Shown: piece after piece, positions 51,512 to 61,644 of the stretch | Position numbering within the stretch: position 1 is the stretch's first letter | How the letters are laid out: each line of letters starts with the position of its first letter | DNA from: Tagaea sp. | Lineage (GTDB): Bacteria; Pseudomonadota; Alphaproteobacteria; CACIAM-22H2 | Assembly (NCBI GenBank): GCA_965279525.1 | Contig: CBDIIB010000005.1 | Span: forward strand, 1,184,001-1,248,000 | Direction: 5' to 3' | Length of the DNA stretch: 64,000 nt | The notes under the pieces: generated by a model | The model's input: only the letters and a program-made list of their open reading frames with translations | Told to the model about the DNA's origin: nothing | Databases searched by the model: none | Position numbers and translations under genes: made by a program

Positions 51512-53431
51512 ATGGCTGACAGCGACGGCGAGTTCTATCGGCGGATTTTCGACTCCGCCCGCATCGGGATCTACGAGACGAGCGGCGACGGCGCGCTGTT
51601 GCGCGCCAACGAATATCTTGCCCACATGTTCGGCTATCCCGACGCGCAGACGATGCGCGCGGAGCCGGGCCATGTCGGCGACCGTTTCTATGCAAGGCGC
51701 ATCGACCGCGACCGCTTCGCCGCCAAGCTGCGTGCCGAGGGCGTGGTTTCCGAATTCGTCAGCGAAGGCAAGCGGCCGGACGGCAAGCGCGTCTGGTTCA
51801 GCCAGACGGCCGTGCGCGAGGTCGGCGCCGACGGGCGCGAGCGGTTCCTCGGCACGATGGTCGATGTCACGGCGCTGATCGAGGCGCAGGACCGCGCGTT
51901 CGAGGCCGAGGTCGCCTACCGTTCGATCTTCGAGAATTCGAGCCTGGGGCTCTACCGCTCCTCGCCCGACGGCCGGCAGCTGCGCGCCAACCCCGCACTG
52001 GTCCGGTTCAACGGCTATACGAGCGAAGACGAGCTGCTGGCTTCGGTCACCGACATCGCGCGGGAATGGTATGTCGACCCGAACCGGCGGCAGGAGTTCC
52101 GCGACCAGATCGAGCGGGACGGCCGCGTCACCAACTTCGTCGCCGAGGTCTACCGCCACCGCACGCGCGAGCGCGTGTGGGTCTCGGAGAACGGCTGGAT
52201 CGTGCGCCGGCCCGACGGCAGCGTGCTCTGCTACGAGGGCACGATCGAGGACATCACCGAACGGCACCTCGCCGAGGTCGGTCTCGCGAAAGCCAAGCGG
52301 GCGGCCGAACAGGCCGAGGCGGACTACCGCTCGATGTTCGACAACGCCGATTTCGGCATCTATCGCACGCGCCCCGACGGCATCCAGCTGCGTTCGAACC
52401 TGGCGCTCGCGCGCATCAACGGGTTCTCGAGCGAGGCCGAACAGCTCGAGGCGGTGGAGAAGGCGAAGGTCTCGGGCAAGGGCTGGTACGTCGTTCCCGG
52501 CCGCCGGATCGAATACCAGCGCCTGCTGCATCACGACGGCTACGTGAAGAACTTCGAATCCGAAGTGATACGGCGCGCGACGGGCGAGCGCGCCTGGGTC
52601 AGCGAGAACGGCTGGCTGGTGCGCGATCCCGACGGCAACGTCCTCGCCTACGAAGGCACCGTTACCGACATCACCGAACGCAAGCGCGCGGAAACCGAGC
52701 TCTACGAAGCGAAGTCGGCCGCCGAGGCTGCGTCGGCGGCGAAAAGCGCGTTCCTCGCGGTGATGAGCCACGAACTGCGCACGCCGCTCAACGCGATCAT
52801 CGGCTTCGCCGAGATCATCGAGAACCGCCTGTTCGGACCCGACGACGCGCGCTATTTCGAGTATGCCGCCGACATCCGCAACAGCGGCACGCACCTGCTG
52901 AACCTGATCAACGACATTCTCGATCTGTCCAAGATCGCCGCCGGAAGGCTCGACCTGGTGGAGGTGCCGGTCAACATGGAGTCGCTTGCCGGCGCGACGA
53001 TCAAGCTGTTCGCGGCCAGTGCGACGAAGGCCGGGCTGACGATCGTCGCCGACATCGCGGACCCGGCGATGCGCGTGCGCGGCGACTCGCTGCGCCTGCA
53101 GCAGGTGCTGATGAACCTCCTGTCGAACGCGATCAAGTTCACGCTGCCCGGCGGGCGCGTGCGCGTTTTCGCGCGCCGGGACGCCGACGCGATCCGCTTC
53201 GGCGTGGCGGATACGGGTGTGGGCATGACGCCAGCCGAAACCCGCGCCGCGATGGAGCCGTTCGTCCAGCTCGACTCGCGCCTGGCGCGCCGGCACGAGG
53301 GTACCGGCCTCGGCCTGTCGATCAGCAAGGAGCTGGTGGAACTCCACGGCGGCGAGCTTTCCATCGCCAGCGTGAAGGGCGAAGGCACGACCGTGACGGC
53401 CGTGTTGCCGCTGTCGCGGGTGGCAGACTGA
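51512..53431 (+). CDS. Cytoplasmic multi-PAS sensor histidine kinase
   Basis: Three related PAS repeats, MSHELRTPLNAIIG, NLLSNAIKFT, DTGVG, GTGLGL. Confidence 0.93.
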   Translation: MADSDGEFYRRIFDSARIGIYETSGDGALLRANEYLAHMFGYPDAQTMRAEPGHVGDRFYARRIDRDRFAAKLRAEGVVSEFVSEGKRPDGKRVWFSQTAVREVGADGRERFLGTMVDVTALIEAQDRAFEAEVAYRSIFENSSLGLYRSSPDGRQLRANPALVRFNGYTSEDELLASVTDIAREWYVDPNRRQEFRDQIERDGRVTNFVAEVYRHRTRERVWVSENGWIVRRPDGSVLCYEGTIEDITERHLAEVGLAKAKRAAEQAEADYRSMFDNADFGIYRTRPDGIQLRSNLALARINGFSSEAEQLEAVEKAKVSGKGWYVVPGRRIEYQRLLHHDGYVKNFESEVIRRATGERAWVSENGWLVRDPDGNVLAYEGTVTDITERKRAETELYEAKSAAEAASAAKSAFLAVMSHELRTPLNAIIGFAEIIENRLFGPDDARYFEYAADIRNSGTHLLNLINDILDLSKIAAGRLDLVEVPVNMESLAGATIKLFAASATKAGLTIVADIADPAMRVRGDSLRLQQVLMNLLSNAIKFTLPGGRVRVFARRDADAIRFGVADTGVGMTPAETRAAMEPFVQLDSRLARRHEGTGLGLSISKELVELHGGELSIASVKGEGTTVTAVLPLSRVAD

Positions 53432-53434
53432 CGG

Positions 53435-54088
53435 CTACAGGGAAGTCGGGGAGTCGATGCCTGCTGGCCCCGATATTATCCGCGCGACCAGCTGGTTGGC
53501 GGGCCCCTTGCGCTTCGCAAGCTCAGCCTTGACGGCGGCGTCCGAACGTCCGAGCTCGATTAAGGGCGGATAGTACGTGCGGATCAGGATGTCGCCGATA
53601 TAGAGAACTTCACCGGCTGTAACCCGGAAGCGCAGCGGCGTCCGGAGCCGGTTCTTGATGCGGACCGGCTCGTGTTCGTATCTCAGACCTTCGATGGCGT
53701 ATTCACCGGGCAGCATGTGCAGGAAATTGTACTTGATCGGTTCGTCGGGAGTTTTGAGTGCGCAGGTGACCTGATTGGCTGTCGCGCTGAACCCGAGTTC
53801 GAGACCTCCCGAGGCGGACACACGTGTGATTGGAACCGCACGTGTCGCCAATCCGAACGGGTCAGTCGCCGGGCATTCGCGCGCAATCGCGAGTAATGAT
53901 GGCGGTCCTACCGGTCCGAACAGCGGTCCGACATACGAGAATCCCAAGATTACCAGGACTCTCCCGTCACGCGGCGCAACGTCGGCTGATGGGTCGAGCG
54001 GATGGAAGTTGGGCACGCTGGTGCATCCGCCGATCGAACTTACAGCCGCGCTTGCGACAATGGAGGTGAGTAAGGAACGTCTGTTCAT
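53435..54088 (-). CDS. Hypothetical lipoprotein (paralog 1)
   Basis: MNRRSLL...IGGC signal; shares motifs with the neighbouring ORF. Confidence 0.7.
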   Translation of the reverse strand: MNRRSLLTSIVASAAVSSIGGCTSVPNFHPLDPSADVAPRDGRVLVILGFSYVGPLFGPVGPPSLLAIARECPATDPFGLATRAVPITRVSASGGLELGFSATANQVTCALKTPDEPIKYNFLHMLPGEYAIEGLRYEHEPVRIKNRLRTPLRFRVTAGEVLYIGDILIRTYYPPLIELGRSDAAVKAELAKRKGPANQLVARIISGPAGIDSPTSL

Positions 54089-54171
54089 GGATGCTGCCGG
54101 AGTGGTGAGTTGGTTATCGACATAGCCGCCACGCTTCCGCGTTCGCAGGCGTTGGCCACGAGCGCACCCGA

Positions 54172-54831
54172 CTACTGCGAGGTGAACGGCACGTAGCGGA
54201 ATTTGTCGATCGGTCCATTGCGCCGTGCGAGTTCAGCCTTTGCGGCTTCGTCAGAGCGCCTGATCTCGGTACGATTCGGCAGACCATCTGGAATGGCCGA
54301 AGAACGCTGGGTCGAATCGTAATGGGCGACGACGTCGCCCAGATAGACGACATCGCCGGCGTTGACGCGGAACCGCCGCATGTCGGTAAAGGGGAGCCGG
54401 TACTTGATCTTGTCCTGGACGAAACTGATCCGGCTGAGCGGCACCAGCCCGGTCATCGCATAGAGCCCGGGCGACAGGTGCAGGAAGTTGTAGCCGATGG
54501 GTTCATCGGGCGTCATGGTCGCGCAGCGTCCGTCCGACACGGAAATCGCGTCGGAACCTCCACTTGTCGGGTTGGGTTCCAGTCGAACGATATCGACGAC
54601 GAGACTGTCGGTATATCCGACCGGGCGTCTGTTGACCGGGCAGCGTGCGCTCAAAAGAAAGCCCTTGATGGGCTCGCCGGTGAATCCGTAGCCGACGATC
54701 ACAAGTGCCTTGTCGGGATCGGGCGCGACTTCGCTGCCTTCGCCAAGTGGAATGGTCGTACATCCCGCGAGGAGCAAGATTGCAGCAGTGACACAAAGAA
54801 TCTGGGCGCAGGCCTTCGAGGGCTTCGGCAT
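54172..54831 (-). CDS. Hypothetical lipoprotein (paralog 2)
   Basis: LLLAGC lipobox; TPDEPIGYNFLH and FRVNAGDVVYLGD shared with paralog 1. Confidence 0.7.
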   Translation of the reverse strand: MPKPSKACAQILCVTAAILLLAGCTTIPLGEGSEVAPDPDKALVIVGYGFTGEPIKGFLLSARCPVNRRPVGYTDSLVVDIVRLEPNPTSGGSDAISVSDGRCATMTPDEPIGYNFLHLSPGLYAMTGLVPLSRISFVQDKIKYRLPFTDMRRFRVNAGDVVYLGDVVAHYDSTQRSSAIPDGLPNRTEIRRSDEAAKAELARRNGPIDKFRYVPFTSQ

Positions 54832-54933
54832 ATTATTGTATGCATTCCTGAGTTGTGTTTCTCAGGCGCAATCTATGCCGCAGCGGTCACGTGGTAAAGG
54901 CTGTTCTTTGTCGCTGGGTCGGTGTGCCGCTGC

Positions 54934-55905
54934 CTACGGCACCAAAATCACCGAGCCCGTCGTCTTGCGCCCTTCGAGGTCCTGGTGCGCGCGCACGGCG
55001 TCCTTCAGCGCGTACTCGGCTGTGGTCTCGATCTTGACGATGCCCTTGGAGACGACATCGAACAGGTCGTTGGCGGTGGCGACGAGGTCGGTGCGCTTGG
55101 CGATGTAGGAGTTGAGAGTCGGGCGCGTGACGTAGAGCGAGCCCTTTGCCGACAGGAGGCCGAGATTGAGCGGCTCGGCGGGGCCGGAAGACTGGCCGAA
55201 CGTGACGAGCATGCCCAGCGCCTTCAGGCAGTCGAGCGATTTGAGCAGCGTGTCCTTGCCGACCGAATCGTAGACCACGGGCACGCCCGCGTTGGCCGTG
55301 AGGCCCTTCACCGCGGCGACGAAGTCTGTATCGCGGTAGAGCACCGTGTGGTGGCAGCCATGGGCCTTGGCAAGCTCGGCCTTCTCCTTCGAGCCGACCG
55401 TGCCGATGGTGGTCGCACCCAGGTGCCTGGCCCACTGGCAGGCGATCAGGCCGACGCCGCCGGCGGCCGCGTGGAACAGGATCGTGTCGCCCTTCTGGAC
55501 CTTGTAGGTCCGGCGCAGCAGGTACTGCACGGTCATGCCCTTCAGCATCATCGAGGCGGCCTGTTTCTCGGTGATGCCGTCGGGCAGCTTGACCACGCGG
55601 TCGGCGGGCACCAGGCGCTTCTCGGCATAGGTGCCGGGTCCGGCCACATAGGCGACGCGGTCGCCGGTCTTGAATTCCGTCACGCCGGTGCCGACCGCCT
55701 CGACGATGCCCGCCGCCTCGTTGCCGGGCGAGAACGGGGCCGGCGACGGGTAGAGGCCCGAGCGGAAATAGGTGTCGATGAAATTGACGCCGATGGCGGT
55801 GTGCCGGACCAGCAGCTCGCCCGCACCGGGGGCCGCGATCTCGACGTCTTCCCACACCATCACGTCGGGGCCGCCGGGTTTATGGACGCGGATCGCTTTT
55901 GCCAT
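54934..55905 (-). CDS. qor: NADPH:quinone oxidoreductase (zeta-crystallin family)
   Basis: IGVNFID, HAAAGGVG, YDSVGK, GRKTTGS. Confidence 0.92.
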   Translation of the reverse strand: MAKAIRVHKPGGPDVMVWEDVEIAAPGAGELLVRHTAIGVNFIDTYFRSGLYPSPAPFSPGNEAAGIVEAVGTGVTEFKTGDRVAYVAGPGTYAEKRLVPADRVVKLPDGITEKQAASMMLKGMTVQYLLRRTYKVQKGDTILFHAAAGGVGLIACQWARHLGATTIGTVGSKEKAELAKAHGCHHTVLYRDTDFVAAVKGLTANAGVPVVYDSVGKDTLLKSLDCLKALGMLVTFGQSSGPAEPLNLGLLSAKGSLYVTRPTLNSYIAKRTDLVATANDLFDVVSKGIVKIETTAEYALKDAVRAHQDLEGRKTTGSVILVP

Positions 55906-55918
55906 CGTTCGTGCTCCT

Positions 55919-56629
55919 TCAGCCGAGATGCTTCTTGAAAAACTCTGCCGTCCGCCCGTTGGCGAGATCGGCCGAGGCCTTGTCGTAGTGCTTGCCGCCG
56001 ACGCGCGCGAAGGCGTGGTCCTGCCCGGCATAGTCGTGGAGCGTCACGTGCGGATTGCCGGCAAGGCCGGCCTTGATCTTGGCCTGTGCGTCGGGCGGAA
56101 CGAAGCCGTCTTTTTCGGCGACATGCATCAGCAGCGGTTTCGCGATGCCCTTGGCGAGATCGAGAAGGCCGTCGAGACCCACGCCATAGAAGCTGACCGA
56201 CGCGTCGGCGTCCGAGCGGCATGCCATCTGGTAGGCGAGATTGCCGCCAAGGCAGTAGCCGACGGTGCCGGCCTTGCCGGTGCAGGCCGCGTGCGCGCGC
56301 AGCGTGCGCAATGTGGCGACGAGGTCTTCGACGCCGAGTGCAAAATCGAAGCCCTTGAACAGTTCGAACGCGCGCGCCCATTCGGCGTCTGACTTGTCCG
56401 TGATCTGGATGCCCGGCTCCTGGCGCCAGAAGATGTCGGGGCACGCGACGACATAGCCCTGGCGTGCATAGCCGTCGGCAAGGTCGCGCATGACCTGGTT
56501 GACGCCGAAGATCTCCTGGATCAGCACGAGCCCCGGTCCCTTGCCGCCCGGCGGAAGGGCGAGGTAGGCATCGAACCGCGCGCCGAATTTGGGATGCGCT
56601 GTCTTGGCCGGAACGCTGAGTGTCGCCAT
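55919..56629 (-). CDS. Dienelactone hydrolase family protein
   Basis: QEIFGVN, GYCLGG, HAF. Confidence 0.93.
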   Translation of the reverse strand: MATLSVPAKTAHPKFGARFDAYLALPPGGKGPGLVLIQEIFGVNQVMRDLADGYARQGYVVACPDIFWRQEPGIQITDKSDAEWARAFELFKGFDFALGVEDLVATLRTLRAHAACTGKAGTVGYCLGGNLAYQMACRSDADASVSFYGVGLDGLLDLAKGIAKPLLMHVAEKDGFVPPDAQAKIKAGLAGNPHVTLHDYAGQDHAFARVGGKHYDKASADLANGRTAEFFKKHLG

Positions 56630-56785
56630 CGCGGGAGGCCTCCTCGGGAAAACGTGAGCCGGTCCGACTTAGGGCGGTGTCCGCCCTTTGGCAAGTTCGT
56701 CGCCCGTCCGACCCGTCGGGCCCGGGTTGCGGGTGCGGGTGCCGGGCGGGTAAGGTCGGGACGAAGACTATATGAGGTCGCGCCG

Positions 56786-57019
56786 ATGAAGATCAAAATC
56801 GATGTCGAGTGCACGCCGGAAGAGGCCCGGGTCTTCATGGGCCTGCCCGACGTCAAACCCATGCAGGAAGCGCTGATGGGCCAGATGACGGGCCGGCTCG
56901 AAACCGCGATGAAGGCGATGGAGCCCGAAGCGGTCCTGCGCCAGTGGTTCACCGGGACGGGCTGGGACCAGATGCAGAAATTCTGGACGCTCGCGGGCGA
57001 CCGCGAAAAGGCGAAGTGA
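56786..57019 (+). CDS. Conserved small alphaproteobacterial protein (DUF6489-like)
   Basis: MKIKIDVECTPEEARVFMGLPDV. Confidence 0.75.
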   Translation: MKIKIDVECTPEEARVFMGLPDVKPMQEALMGQMTGRLETAMKAMEPEAVLRQWFTGTGWDQMQKFWTLAGDREKAK

Positions 57020-57020
57020 C

Positions 57021-57383
57021 GTGGACGGCGATCCCAAACATTTCTACACCGCCCATGTCTTCGTCTGCACGAACGAGCGGCCGGCCGGCCATCCGCGCGG
57101 CTGCTGCAAGGAAAAGGGCTCGGAAAAGCTGCGCGACTACATGAAGGCGCGCGCCAAGGAACTTGGTCTGGGCCTGCCCGAGACGCGGATCAACACGGCC
57201 GGCTGCCTCGAGCGCTGCGAATTCGGCCCCGCCCTCGTGATCTATCCCGAGGGCGTGTGGTATTCGCCCAAGACGCGCGAGGACATCGACGAGATCCTGT
57301 CGGTCCACCTGCAGCAGGGAAAGCGCGTCGAGCGCCTGATGCTGAAATACGAGGACCGCGCCCCGCCCAAGCCCAAGGGCTGA
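57021..57383 (+). CDS. Thioredoxin-like [2Fe-2S] ferredoxin
   Basis: HVFVCTNER...GCC, GCLERCEFGP, YPEGVWY. Confidence 0.92.
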   Translation: MDGDPKHFYTAHVFVCTNERPAGHPRGCCKEKGSEKLRDYMKARAKELGLGLPETRINTAGCLERCEFGPALVIYPEGVWYSPKTREDIDEILSVHLQQGKRVERLMLKYEDRAPPKPKG

Positions 57384-57394
57384 CCGGCGACACG

Positions 57395-58720
57395 ATGGAC
57401 CGCCCGACGATCTATGCGCCCGCCAGTGCCGCCGGCAAGGCCGGCGTGGCGGTCGTGCGCGTGTCGGGGCCGGCGGCGCGCGCTGCCCTTGCGGCACTTG
57501 CCGGAAACGTCCCCGCACCGCGCATGGCGACAATGGCGAAGCTTACCGATCCGGCCGACGGCGCCGCGATCGACGAAGCGCTCGTGCTGTGGTTCCCGGG
57601 TCCTGCAAGTTTCACCGGCGAGGATGTCGCCGAGTTCCACATCCACGGCAGCCGCGCGACGCTTGGCGCACTGCTCGCAGCACTGGGCCGGCAGCCGGGG
57701 CTGCGGCTGGCGCGGGCGGGGGAGTTCGCGCGCCGCGCCTTCGATGCCGGCAAGCTCGATCTGGCGCAGGTCGAAGCGCTCGCCGACCTGATCGCGGCGG
57801 AAACGAAAAGCCAGGCGCAGCAGGCGTTGCGCCAGCTCGGCGGCGCGTTGGGCACCGCCGTGGAAGGCTTGCGGGACAGGGTTCTGCGGCTGCGCGCACA
57901 GGCCGAGGCCGAGATCGATTTTCCGGACGAAGGCGACGTGCCCGGCGGCCTGATCGCGCGCATGCGCGCACCGCTCGCCGGGCTCGACGGCGATCTGCAA
58001 GCCTTGATTGCAGGGGCGGCGCGCGGCGAACGGCTGCGTGCGGGCTATACGGTGGCGATCCTGGGCGCGCCCAACGCGGGCAAGTCGAGCCTGCTGAACC
58101 GGCTTGCGGGCCGCGAGGCGGCGATCGTTTCCGAGACGGCGGGCACGACGCGCGACGTGATCGAGGTGCATCTGGATCTTGGCGGCTGGCCGGTGACGCT
58201 GTGGGACACAGCGGGCCTGCGCGATGTTTTGCCCGACGGTGCGCACGCGGCGATCGAGCTCGAAGGCATGCGCCGCGCGCGCCGGCGTGCCGAAGAAGCG
58301 GACCTGAAGCTCGTCGTGCTCGACGCGCGCGACCGCGCCCCGGATGCAAGCCTTGCCGACTACGCGCGCGACGGACTCGTCGTGTTCAACAAGGCCGATC
58401 TCGTCGAATCGTGCGCGGGGCTATGCGTATCGGCGTTGACGGGTGCCGGGATCGGCGAACTTGAATCCGTGCTGGCGGCACGCGCCGCGGCAGCACTTTC
58501 CGACGGCGACGGTGCGGCACCGCTCGTCACGCGCGCGCGCCATCGTGAAGCATTGGTCGACGTGCGCGCGGCACTTGCGCGTGCCGGCACGCTAGGCGAA
58601 GCGGAACTTGTCGCGGAGGAATTGCGCATCGCGAGCGAGGCGCTGGGCCGGATCGTCGGCCGGACGGGTGTTGAAGACGTGCTCGACCTGCTCTTCGCCG
58701 AATTCTGTATCGGCAAATAG
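57395..58720 (+). CDS. mnmE: tRNA modification GTPase MnmE
   Basis: SFTGED, GAPNAGKSS, GTTRD, DTAG, NKAD, FCIGK. Confidence 0.97.
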   Translation: MDRPTIYAPASAAGKAGVAVVRVSGPAARAALAALAGNVPAPRMATMAKLTDPADGAAIDEALVLWFPGPASFTGEDVAEFHIHGSRATLGALLAALGRQPGLRLARAGEFARRAFDAGKLDLAQVEALADLIAAETKSQAQQALRQLGGALGTAVEGLRDRVLRLRAQAEAEIDFPDEGDVPGGLIARMRAPLAGLDGDLQALIAGAARGERLRAGYTVAILGAPNAGKSSLLNRLAGREAAIVSETAGTTRDVIEVHLDLGGWPVTLWDTAGLRDVLPDGAHAAIELEGMRRARRRAEEADLKLVVLDARDRAPDASLADYARDGLVVFNKADLVESCAGLCVSALTGAGIGELESVLAARAAAALSDGDGAAPLVTRARHREALVDVRAALARAGTLGEAELVAEELRIASEALGRIVGRTGVEDVLDLLFAEFCIGK

Positions 58721-58726
58721 AGAGGC

Positions 58727-58942
58727 TTACTTGGCCATCGCGGCGGCGCGCAGGATCTGCTTGCTCTGCAGTTTCATGCGCGTCTTCTGGTTCCACAGGA
58801 TGACCCAGCCGGGACCCATCTCGCGCGAGGCCTTGTCGTAGGCCTGGGCGGCGGTCGAGAAATCGTTCCCGGCAAAGACCGGCGCGCCCGGCGCGTTCTG
58901 CGGCAGGCCGGCTTTGTAGAACTGCACCAGATAGGTTTCCAT
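58727..58942 (-). CDS. Small hypothetical protein (71 aa)
   Basis: ATG 58942, host-like codon usage, divergent from mnmG across an AT-rich spacer. Confidence 0.55.
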   Translation of the reverse strand: METYLVQFYKAGLPQNAPGAPVFAGNDFSTAAQAYDKASREMGPGWVILWNQKTRMKLQSKQILRAAAMAK

Positions 58943-59102
58943 TGCGGGTGACCCTGTCGGTAAGTCCGATGCCCAAAAGATAATCCAGCGTGTCCTTTCT
59001 GTCTCGGGATAAATAATTGATAACACTCATAATTTTAGATAAATTGCAAAATGCGATCCGCCATGAATATGCAAACATATGATTTGATTAACCAATTTCC
59101 GA

Positions 59103-59118
59103 TGTTTGCCGGGAAACA
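59103..59118. other. Degenerate parS-like site upstream of mnmG
   Basis: TGTTTGCCGGGAAACA, 3 mismatches to TGTTTCACGTGAAACA, with palindromic GA/TC flanks. Confidence 0.5.
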
Positions 59119-59176
59119 TCCCGCCCCCTGCCGCGCGCGAATTGACGGACCCCGGCCGACTACCTAGGTTGCGCCG

Positions 59177-61036
59177 ATGAACCGCGAACGCGACTTCGAT
59201 GTGATCGTGATCGGCGGCGGCCATGCCGGCTGCGAGGCCGCGGCTGCGTCGGCGCGCGCGGGTGCTGCCACGCTGCTGCTGACGCTCGATCCTGCGAAGA
59301 TCGGCGAGATGAGCTGCAATCCGGCCATCGGCGGGCTCGGCAAGGGCCATCTGGTGCGCGAGATCGACGCGCTCGACGGCATCATGGCGCGCGCGATCGA
59401 TCGGGCCGGCATCCAGTTCCGCATGCTCAACCGCTCGAAGGGCCCCGCCGTTCGCGGGCCGCGCGCGCAGGCGGATCGCAAGCTCTATCGCCTGGCGATC
59501 CAGCAATTGCTGGCCGGACAGGCGAATCTGTCGATCCGGCCGGGTGAAGCGGCGGATCTGGAAATCGGCGCCGACGGCCGCGTGGCGGCCGTGCTGACGG
59601 CCGACGGCGTCCGGCTTTCCTGCGGTGCCGTCGTGCTGACGACCGGCACGTTCCTGCGCGGTCTCATCCATATCGGCCTCGAGAAGATCCCGGCCGGACG
59701 GGTCGGCGAAAAGCCGTCGCTCGCCCTGTCCGAAACCCTTTCGCGGCTGGGCTTCCCGCTCGGCCGGCTCAAGACCGGCACGCCGCCGCGCCTCGACGGG
59801 CGCACGATCGGCTGGGCCGGGCTGGAGATGCAGCCGGCCGACGACCCGCCTGAGCCGTTCTCGACGCTGACCGACCGGATCGACGTGCCGCAGATCGCGT
59901 GCGGCATCACCTATACCTCGCCCGCCACGCACGACATCATCCGGGCGAACCTGCATCAGGCGCCGATGTATTCGGGCCAGATCGAGGGCGTGGGGCCGCG
60001 CTATTGCCCGTCGATCGAGGACAAGGTCGTGCGTTTCGCCGGGCGCGAGCGCCACCAGATCTTCCTCGAACCCGAGGGCCTGGACGACGACACGGTCTAC
60101 CCGAACGGCATTTCCACGTCCCTGCCCGCTTCCGTCCAGCTCGAAATCCTCAAGACGATCCAAGGGCTTGAGAACGCCACGATGCTGCGCCCGGGCTACG
60201 CGATCGAGTACGATTTCATCGACCCGCGCGCCCTCAAACCCACGCTGGAAACGATCCGGCAGCCGGGTCTCTATCTCGCCGGCCAGATCAACGGGACCAC
60301 CGGCTACGAGGAAGCGGCCGCCCAAGGGCTGGTTGCCGGGCTCAATGCGGCACTGACGCTTGGCGGCTCGGGTCCGTTCGTGCTGGACCGGGCGGACGCG
60401 TATATCGGCGTGATGATCGACGATCTGGTCACGCTGGGAACGCGCGAGCCCTACCGCATGTTCACGAGCCGCGCGGAATATCGCCTGACCCTGCGCGCCG
60501 ACAATGCCGACCAGCGCCTGACCGAGCGCGGGATCGCGGCCGGTTGCGTTGGCAATGCCCGGCATTCCGCGTGGACCGACAAGAAAGCCCGCCTTGCCGA
60601 GGCTCGCGCCCTGGTCGAGCGGCTGAAGGAATCGCCCCCGAAGCTCGCCAAGCGTGGCTTTGCGGTCAACCAGGACGGGGTCGCGCGTTCGCCGCTCGAC
60701 CTTCTGGCGCTGCCCGGCGTGGATTGGACTTCCCTCGTCGCGGTCTGGCCGGAGCTGGGGGAGCTGCGTCCGGACATCGCCGGCCAGATCGGGATCGACG
60801 CGCTCTATCGCGGCTATCTCGCCCGGCAGGATTCCGACATCCGCGAGTTCCGCCGCGACGAAGGCCTCGAACTGCCGGCCGATCTCGACTATGCGGCGCT
60901 GACGGCCCTGTCGAATGAGATGCGCCAGAAGCTGGCCGCCGTGCGCCCGGCCACGCTGGGGCAGGCAGCCCGTATTTCCGGCGTAACGCCGGCAGCACTG
61001 ACAATCCTGCTGCGCCACGCAAGGCGGGCAGCGTGA
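59177..61036 (+). CDS. mnmG: tRNA modification enzyme MnmG (GidA)
   Basis: [43 protein letters not shown]. Confidence 0.98.
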   Translation: MNRERDFDVIVIGGGHAGCEAAAASARAGAATLLLTLDPAKIGEMSCNPAIGGLGKGHLVREIDALDGIMARAIDRAGIQFRMLNRSKGPAVRGPRAQADRKLYRLAIQQLLAGQANLSIRPGEAADLEIGADGRVAAVLTADGVRLSCGAVVLTTGTFLRGLIHIGLEKIPAGRVGEKPSLALSETLSRLGFPLGRLKTGTPPRLDGRTIGWAGLEMQPADDPPEPFSTLTDRIDVPQIACGITYTSPATHDIIRANLHQAPMYSGQIEGVGPRYCPSIEDKVVRFAGRERHQIFLEPEGLDDDTVYPNGISTSLPASVQLEILKTIQGLENATMLRPGYAIEYDFIDPRALKPTLETIRQPGLYLAGQINGTTGYEEAAAQGLVAGLNAALTLGGSGPFVLDRADAYIGVMIDDLVTLGTREPYRMFTSRAEYRLTLRADNADQRLTERGIAAGCVGNARHSAWTDKKARLAEARALVERLKESPPKLAKRGFAVNQDGVARSPLDLLALPGVDWTSLVAVWPELGELRPDIAGQIGIDALYRGYLARQDSDIREFRRDEGLELPADLDYAALTALSNEMRQKLAAVRPATLGQAARISGVTPAALTILLRHARRAA

Positions 61037-61644
61037 AACCCTCCGATTTCGCCAAGCAGACCGGTGTTTCTCAAGAAACAGTCGAGAAACTGGTCACATA
61101 TCAACGCCTTCTCGAAAAATGGCAGGCCAAGATCAATCTCGTCTCGGTGACCACGCTGCCGGACGTGTGGATCCGCCATTTCTACGATTCCTGGCAGGTG
61201 CTGCCCACGCTGGGCGACGCGCCGACGGTCGCCGATCTGGGGGCCGGGGCCGGATTCCCGGGCCTTGTGCTGGCGATCTGCGCGCCGGAGAAGACCATCC
61301 ACCTGGTCGAATCCGACGCGCGCAAATGCGCGTTCCAGATCGAGGTCGTGCGCGAGGTCGGTGCGAAGAACGTACGGATCCACAACACCCGCGCCGAGCG
61401 GCTGGCGGGCGAACTCAAGGTCGCGGCCGTCACGGCGCGCGCCCTCGCACCGCTGACCGACCTGCTCGAACTCGCCGTGCCGCTGCTCGAGCCGGGCGGG
61501 TTATGCACGTTTCTCAAGGGGGCGACGTACAAAGCCGAATTGACCCAGGCGGAAAGCGCGTGGCATATGCGCGTGGCCGTTGCCGCTTCGCTGACCGAAC
61601 CGGACGCCGCCCTCTTCACGCTTCGGGAAATCGCGCGCAAGTGA
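61033..61644 (+). CDS. rsmG: 16S rRNA G527 methyltransferase RsmG (GidB)
   Basis: [25 protein letters not shown]. Confidence 0.96.
   Translation: MKPSDFAKQTGVSQETVEKLVTYQRLLEKWQAKINLVSVTTLPDVWIRHFYDSWQVLPTLGDAPTVADLGAGAGFPGLVLAICAPEKTIHLVESDARKCAFQIEVVREVGAKNVRIHNTRAERLAGELKVAAVTARALAPLTDLLELAVPLLEPGGLCTFLKGATYKAELTQAESAWHMRVAVAASLTEPDAALFTLREIARK
61065..61080. other. parS-like palindrome within rsmG 5' end
   Basis: TGTTTCT-CA-AGAAACA, perfect 7-bp arms, encoding VSQET where gidB often has VSRET (parS). Confidence 0.6.

Noticed and set aside
56671-56687. Hairpin AGGGCGG-TGT-CCGCCCT
   Set aside because: Lies between divergent genes with a 3-nt loop, so it has no obvious transcript to terminate; function unsupported.
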